From Candidatus Hermodarchaeota archaeon (GTDB lineage Archaea; Asgardarchaeota; Thorarchaeia; Thorarchaeales; Thorarchaeaceae), in NCBI GenBank assembly GCA_048885865.1, contig JBHLLF010000009.1, positions 1 to 64,000 on the forward strand: a stretch of DNA of 64,000 nucleotides. Direction: 5' to 3'. Position 1 is the first letter of the stretch. Every line of letters begins with the position of its first letter. A program made the position numbers and the translations under genes. Shown piece by piece: positions 59,773 through 64,000 of the stretch. Under the pieces are notes generated by a model that was not told the origin of the DNA, searched no databases, and saw only the letters and a program-made list of their open reading frames with translations.

Positions 59773-60276
59773 TTGAATGAAGGGAATCACAAATTCAATG
59801 ACAAACTTGTAATGACATATGCTCAATACTTCAAGGCAATGACAAGCCGGGCTGCAAGCATAATCAGGGCATTTGAATCCGCCTTTGGAAGGGAAGAAGT
59901 CCATCAAGTTCTCAAGGATTGGTCAGAGAACGCGGCGCGTAAAATGGCCCCAGACTCAATAGCTGATTTTCAGAAGTTCAAAAACTACTGGAAGACTACA
60001 TTAGAGTCTGAGAATTGGTCAAAGATTCTGACCTGCGAGTTTCTTGAAGAGTCCAATAGGAAGTTGGCGTGCAAGTATTCCGAATGCCTATGGGCGGAAA
60101 CAATGAAGGATATGAATACTGAAGATATTGGTTACATTCTATTTTGCCACCCGGATTTTGAAATGGCAAAAGCAATGCATCCGAATCTAAGATTGGAGCG
60201 GTCTCGTACGCTTATGGAAGGGCATGAATTCTGTGATCACACATTCTATTGGGATGAGAAACCAACACCTGATTAG
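59773..60276 (+). CDS. L-2-amino-thiazoline-4-carboxylate hydrolase-like protein
   Basis: ECLWAE, GY..FCHPD, LERSRTLMEGHEFCD. Confidence 0.85.
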   Translation: MNEGNHKFNDKLVMTYAQYFKAMTSRAASIIRAFESAFGREEVHQVLKDWSENAARKMAPDSIADFQKFKNYWKTTLESENWSKILTCEFLEESNRKLACKYSECLWAETMKDMNTEDIGYILFCHPDFEMAKAMHPNLRLERSRTLMEGHEFCDHTFYWDEKPTPD

Positions 60277-60286
60277 TGGCTGTGTG

Positions 60287-60309
60287 CTTATATTACGCCC
60301 TGCGAACCA
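60287..60309 (+). repeat. Degenerate second repeat of the tRNA-Leu 3' end
   Basis: CTTATATTACGCCCTGCGAACCA, 16/23 ungapped, followed by a pyrimidine tract. Confidence 0.55.
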
Positions 60310-60328
60310 TCTGCTTCTAGGTGAGTTT

Positions 60329-60868
60329 TCACCTCACAAGCAGGATTGCGTATCTATTCATTGTCTGATCATAGTCAGATAGAACCTCTATCGGATAACC
60401 CACAGCCCTCGCTGTTGAAAAGACATCTACAGCCATGGCTTCTGGTGGAGGTCTGGAAAGCCTCTTCTGCTTGCAGTCTTCTCTAGCGCTAACACATTCA
60501 TCGCACAACGAACAGTTGTCTGCAGGGAGGATGAAAGCCTTGACTTCTCCTGAAAGAAACACCTCTCGCTCTAGCTTGAGAAGCTTCAGGTTTATTTCCT
60601 TCATTATTTCATGACGATCATCAGGATTGTCAAGTTCTATAGATAGGTGAAACAAGGCAATGTCATTATATTCGTCAAATAGCTCCCTGCACTCGGATAC
60701 TGATGGCGTGTTAGGAGGACATGCAGCGCATTGTCCATAGCTGGAGCATCCCCATGTGCATTTCATACGCACCCATTGGGAAACAACGACTTCCTTGGGA
60801 CCAATCCATTTGTAGTCATCGAATCCATGTTTCACAAACAGAGTTTCAAGATTCTTCAGACCGCTCAT
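60329..60868 (-). CDS. DUF2284 metal-binding protein
   Basis: WVRMKC.WGC..YG....CPP, CSLCDEC, RPPPEAMAVDV. Confidence 0.9.
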   Translation of the reverse strand: MSGLKNLETLFVKHGFDDYKWIGPKEVVVSQWVRMKCTWGCSSYGQCAACPPNTPSVSECRELFDEYNDIALFHLSIELDNPDDRHEIMKEINLKLLKLEREVFLSGEVKAFILPADNCSLCDECVSAREDCKQKRLSRPPPEAMAVDVFSTARAVGYPIEVLSDYDQTMNRYAILLVR

Positions 60869-60994
60869 AGTCTATCATCCTGATGCAAATATTGGCTTGT
60901 TTTTAGATTTGCCTTTGAACGTAACCTTCGCTTTCTAGATTCCATGGGACTTTTCAGAAGGATTAGTTCTGCTAACAGATAGGAGGCTATTGTA

Positions 60995-61315
60995 ATGAGT
61001 CTGTATGATCAATTCAAAGAAGAGATGAGGGAGGTCTGCACTGAATATCACAACTTGCTCCGGCAAAAAGAAGCTCTTGAAGCCCAACTAGAAACGCTTC
61101 ATGATTACATAGAAGCCACCATGAAGAAATACAAGCAGAATGAATACGATGAACCAGAAGTGCCTGTGAAGGTTGACAGAATCGAGTATATGACCGAGCG
61201 TATGAAGAGGGGTGGCAAGAAAAAGCTCAAGGAGATTCTGACAGAAAAGCAGTGGTCGGAAATTTACACAGAGAAGAAGGTTGTGAGCTATCGAATAACT
61301 CAGCGAGAAGAATGA
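60995..61315 (+). CDS. Hypothetical coiled-coil protein
   Basis: AGGAGG SD; 106 aa. Confidence 0.8.
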   Translation: MSLYDQFKEEMREVCTEYHNLLRQKEALEAQLETLHDYIEATMKKYKQNEYDEPEVPVKVDRIEYMTERMKRGGKKKLKEILTEKQWSEIYTEKKVVSYRITQREE

Positions 61316-61723
61316 GTCCTTTGTTTTGGACCCACCCATCACGGGGAGGCAAACCGCATGTTCAGGGTGGGTCCTTTGAGGGAGTTGTCGTCAGGAGCGT
61401 GATAGGGGGTTCCGAAGACAGAGGAACTCTCGCGCTTGGCGGGTCCGGATTGTCAAGGTGGGGAGCAAGAGAGGGCATAGGGACTCGGACTTTTTGAGAG
61501 GCCCAAGGGAACCCCCAGAGAGTCTTGCACACTACTTACAATCATGAACCCTGTTGGGGAGATATAAGGCTGTAATGCGAATTGGGGACATTCAAGAATA
61601 TGGTAATTGCGAAAAATTCGTCAAAATGAAATGGTTTTGAACGAGTAGTACATTCCACGGAGAAGAGGAATCTATAAAGGAGAACCAGTTTTTGATGAAA
61701 TCAAACAGCAGGAGTGGGCAGCC

Positions 61724-62728
61724 ACGACAACTCCAAAGATAGGAATCATTGGTACAGGCAACATGGGAAGGATTCATGCCCGGGTTCTCAGCAATATTCG
61801 AGCTCTCTCGGCCGTGGCTGATACCGATATGAAGCAGGCTGAAGAAGTGGCCCAGATGTATGGCGTAGATGCCTTCAGTGACTTCGAGTCATTGATTGAG
61901 CACGCGGAGTTAGATGGCGTCATCATTTCCACTCCAACTGCAACACATGCCGAAATAGCTGAGAGTGTTGCCAAGAAACAGAATGGAATAAGAGGTATTC
62001 TGATTGAGAAACCACTAGCAAGCAACCTCAAGGATGCGCGAAAGCTTGCCGAACTCCTAAGGAAGAAGGACATCATTGTCTTAGTTGGACACTCTGAGAT
62101 TTACAACCCGGTAGTTGAACGGGCATTGAACCTGATCAATGAAGGTGCCATTGGAGTCCCTCAGACGGTAATCCATGATAGGCGCGGATTTGTACAGGCA
62201 GAAAGATTGCCATCTCTCGGAGACGTGTTTGAAGACATTGGGGTTCATGATTTTGACATCATGACTCGGATAAGCAGTGGTAACGCTACTCTCTATGCTC
62301 AATGCCAGACCAAGAACGAGATTCTGAACACCGGAAATGTCACGGTGAGGTTCGAAAATGAGGCACAACACATCTTCCATTTATCGAGGCAATATGTAGG
62401 CAGGAAAAGGAGCATGGATGTTTCTGGGACAAAGGGAACCCTGAACCTTGACCTCTTTGGACAGGTCATTAAAGTTCAAGACCTCGATCAAGCGCCTCTG
62501 GCTGACAGCAGGACAATCCAGCTAATAGAACGTGGTGCTACAATCAAAGTGTATGGAGAACCCATTCTACAGGTGATAACTGACTTTCTACACTGCATAG
62601 AAACAGGTAGCTCACCCAAGGTTAATTTGGATGATGGAATTTTAGCCCTCGAAGTGGTTGAAGCAGCGAGAAAGAGTGCGGTCTCAGGGAAGGTCGTTGA
62701 TATCAATATTCAGTCTCGACACATCTGA
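61724..62728 (+). CDS. Gfo/Idh/MocA family oxidoreductase (probable ACG start)
   Basis: KIGIIGTGNMG Rossmann motif begins upstream of ATG 61763; STPT..H, LIEKP, DIGVHDFD. Confidence 0.9.
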   Translation, partial: TTTPKIGIIGTGNMGRIHARVLSNIRALSAVADTDMKQAEEVAQMYGVDAFSDFESLIEHAELDGVIISTPTATHAEIAESVAKKQNGIRGILIEKPLASNLKDARKLAELLRKKDIIVLVGHSEIYNPVVERALNLINEGAIGVPQTVIHDRRGFVQAERLPSLGDVFEDIGVHDFDIMTRISSGNATLYAQCQTKNEILNTGNVTVRFENEAQHIFHLSRQYVGRKRSMDVSGTKGTLNLDLFGQVIKVQDLDQAPLADSRTIQLIERGATIKVYGEPILQVITDFLHCIETGSSPKVNLDDGILALEVVEAARKSAVSGKVVDINIQSRHI

Positions 62729-64000
62729 GCGAAGAGATGAGTTCGCTCAGAAGATGTGATTTCAACATTGATGGTACTGCCCAGAGTGACTTCCTCAAGC
62801 AGTATGATTGGCTTATAGGCGAAGTTTCTACAGACGATACCACCTCTAGGACCGGCTTCAGTCGCAATCACCTCTCCAGTCCAACCCACCCATGAGGCAT
62901 TTAGATCAGTCACAAAATCCGATACAATGGAACTCAATTTCCGGCTTCTTTCCTTCTTGACTGAGGTATCAACTTTGTTGTTAGCTCTTGAAGCCGCCGT
63001 GCCAGGACGGTCACCATACTTTGAGATGTTAACTACCTCAGGACGCAGCCGCTGCAACAGGTGGACAGTGTCTTCAAAATCGGAGGCCATTTCTCCCGGA
63101 AACCCCACGATGATGTCAGTCGCAATTGTGGCTCTGGGGATTCTTCCTCTGATTTTTGAAACGATTTCAGTCCATTCAGTAACTGTGTATTTTCGTCCCA
63201 TCGCAGTGAGTAAACCATCGCTTCCTGTCTGGAGAGGCACATGAAAGAACTTGAAGAAATGTTCTGACTCCATTACGGCGATTAGGTCATCTATTGTATC
63301 AAGGACTAGATTGGGATTGAACATACCTAGTCTGAATTTATGGTTTCCTTCAATCTGATCCAAGTTATTGAGAAGTCCAACAAGCGTTTCACCGGTGTCA
63401 TGTCCAAAGACTCCGGCATCCTGAGATGTCAGACGAATCTCTCCGTACCCGAGATGTACGCACCTCTCTACTACGGTATGAATCTCAGAAACACTATAGC
63501 TACGCACACTTCCCCTAGCGAATCGTACAGCACAATAGGCACAGCTTCCAAGGCATCCTTCACAGATTGGTATTGTGCAAATCACACTGTCCGGGGGCCC
63601 CTCAAAGAATCTCAATTTTGATTCATAGTCTGACTCAAGATGGACAATTCCCCTCTCTCCCTTTAACACCCGATCGGCAACATTGCCGAGTGTCTCTAGT
63701 GACTGAGGGCCTAGAAGCGCTGCAAATGAGGGGATTGCTCGCTGGATTCGGTCTATAGAGATTCGAGGCAGACATCCTGCTACTATAACTGGAACAGGCT
63801 GGTTTCCGAGCTCTTCGAGGCGATGAATAATTCTGTCCTCTGTCGGTTCCTTTACACCGCACGTATTGAGAACGATGAGATTCGCCACCTCAATATTATG
63901 TGTCTGCTCTGCTCCTAGCCCATTAAGTCGGCTCACTATTAAATCTGAATCTGCTTTGTTGAGTGAACAACCATATGTTTCCAAGTAAAAGGTAGTTTCG
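62710..64000 (-). CDS. MiaB/MtaB-family tRNA methylthiotransferase (5' end outside the window)
   Basis: ETYGC, NTC, AGC, CLGSCAYC radical SAM motif, TDIIVGFPGE, C-terminal TRAM. Confidence 0.92.
   Translation of the reverse strand, partial: ETTFYLETYGCSLNKADSDLIVSRLNGLGAEQTHNIEVANLIVLNTCGVKEPTEDRIIHRLEELGNQPVPVIVAGCLPRISIDRIQRAIPSFAALLGPQSLETLGNVADRVLKGERGIVHLESDYESKLRFFEGPPDSVICTIPICEGCLGSCAYCAVRFARGSVRSYSVSEIHTVVERCVHLGYGEIRLTSQDAGVFGHDTGETLVGLLNNLDQIEGNHKFRLGMFNPNLVLDTIDDLIAVMESEHFFKFFHVPLQTGSDGLLTAMGRKYTVTEWTEIVSKIRGRIPRATIATDIIVGFPGEMASDFEDTVHLLQRLRPEVVNISKYGDRPGTAASRANNKVDTSVKKERSRKLSSIVSDFVTDLNASWVGWTGEVIATEAGPRGGIVCRNFAYKPIILLEEVTLGSTINVEITSSERTHLFAQMCRD

Noticed and set aside
61316-61520. 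SRP RNA or RNase P RNA
   Set aside because: GGGAGCAAG and GAGGAAC are only partial matches; the helix-8 tetraloop and P4 consensus are absent.
1-64000. CRISPR array, IS element, integrase, rRNA, selenoprotein
   Set aside because: No regular repeat-spacer array, transposase or integrase motifs, rRNA sequence, or in-frame TGA at a Cys position was seen.

Overview
Archaeal chromosomal window, most likely Asgard (Thorarchaeia-like; inferred from the type IB topoisomerase, the archaeal/eukaryotic ribosomal protein set and gene order). The core is a translation and cell-division block at 36.6-49.8 kb: nep1, rnp4, rps19e, PDCD5, rpl39e, rpl31e, aIF6, rplX, pfdA, ftsY, argF, pfkB, ftsZ, secE, spt5, rpl11, rpl1, P0, P1, HDAC. 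It is flanked by accessory regions of small metabolic, membrane and TPR genes. Seven intact tRNA genes were read by eye. Five carry 30-33 nt BHB introns, each at a different position (Arg 19/20, Val 21/22, Gly 37/38, Leu 53/54, Phe 56/57). The most striking signal is downstream of tRNA-Gly(GCC), tRNA-Leu(GAG), probably tRNA-Phe, and a tRNA presumed to lie just left of the window. There, single cargo genes are separated by direct copies of the tRNA's last 23 nt (T-loop to CCA), and in the Gly and Leu arrays the copies decay with distance from the tRNA. This resembles a polarised, integron-like gene-cassette array anchored on tRNA 3' ends, with no integrase in the window. Other notable items: a zinc finger inserted in Spt5, a Stay-green homolog, a secreted Zn-phospholipase C with PPC domains, a probable ACG start codon and several structured intergenic RNA candidates. 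All assignments were made by eye, without database searches.
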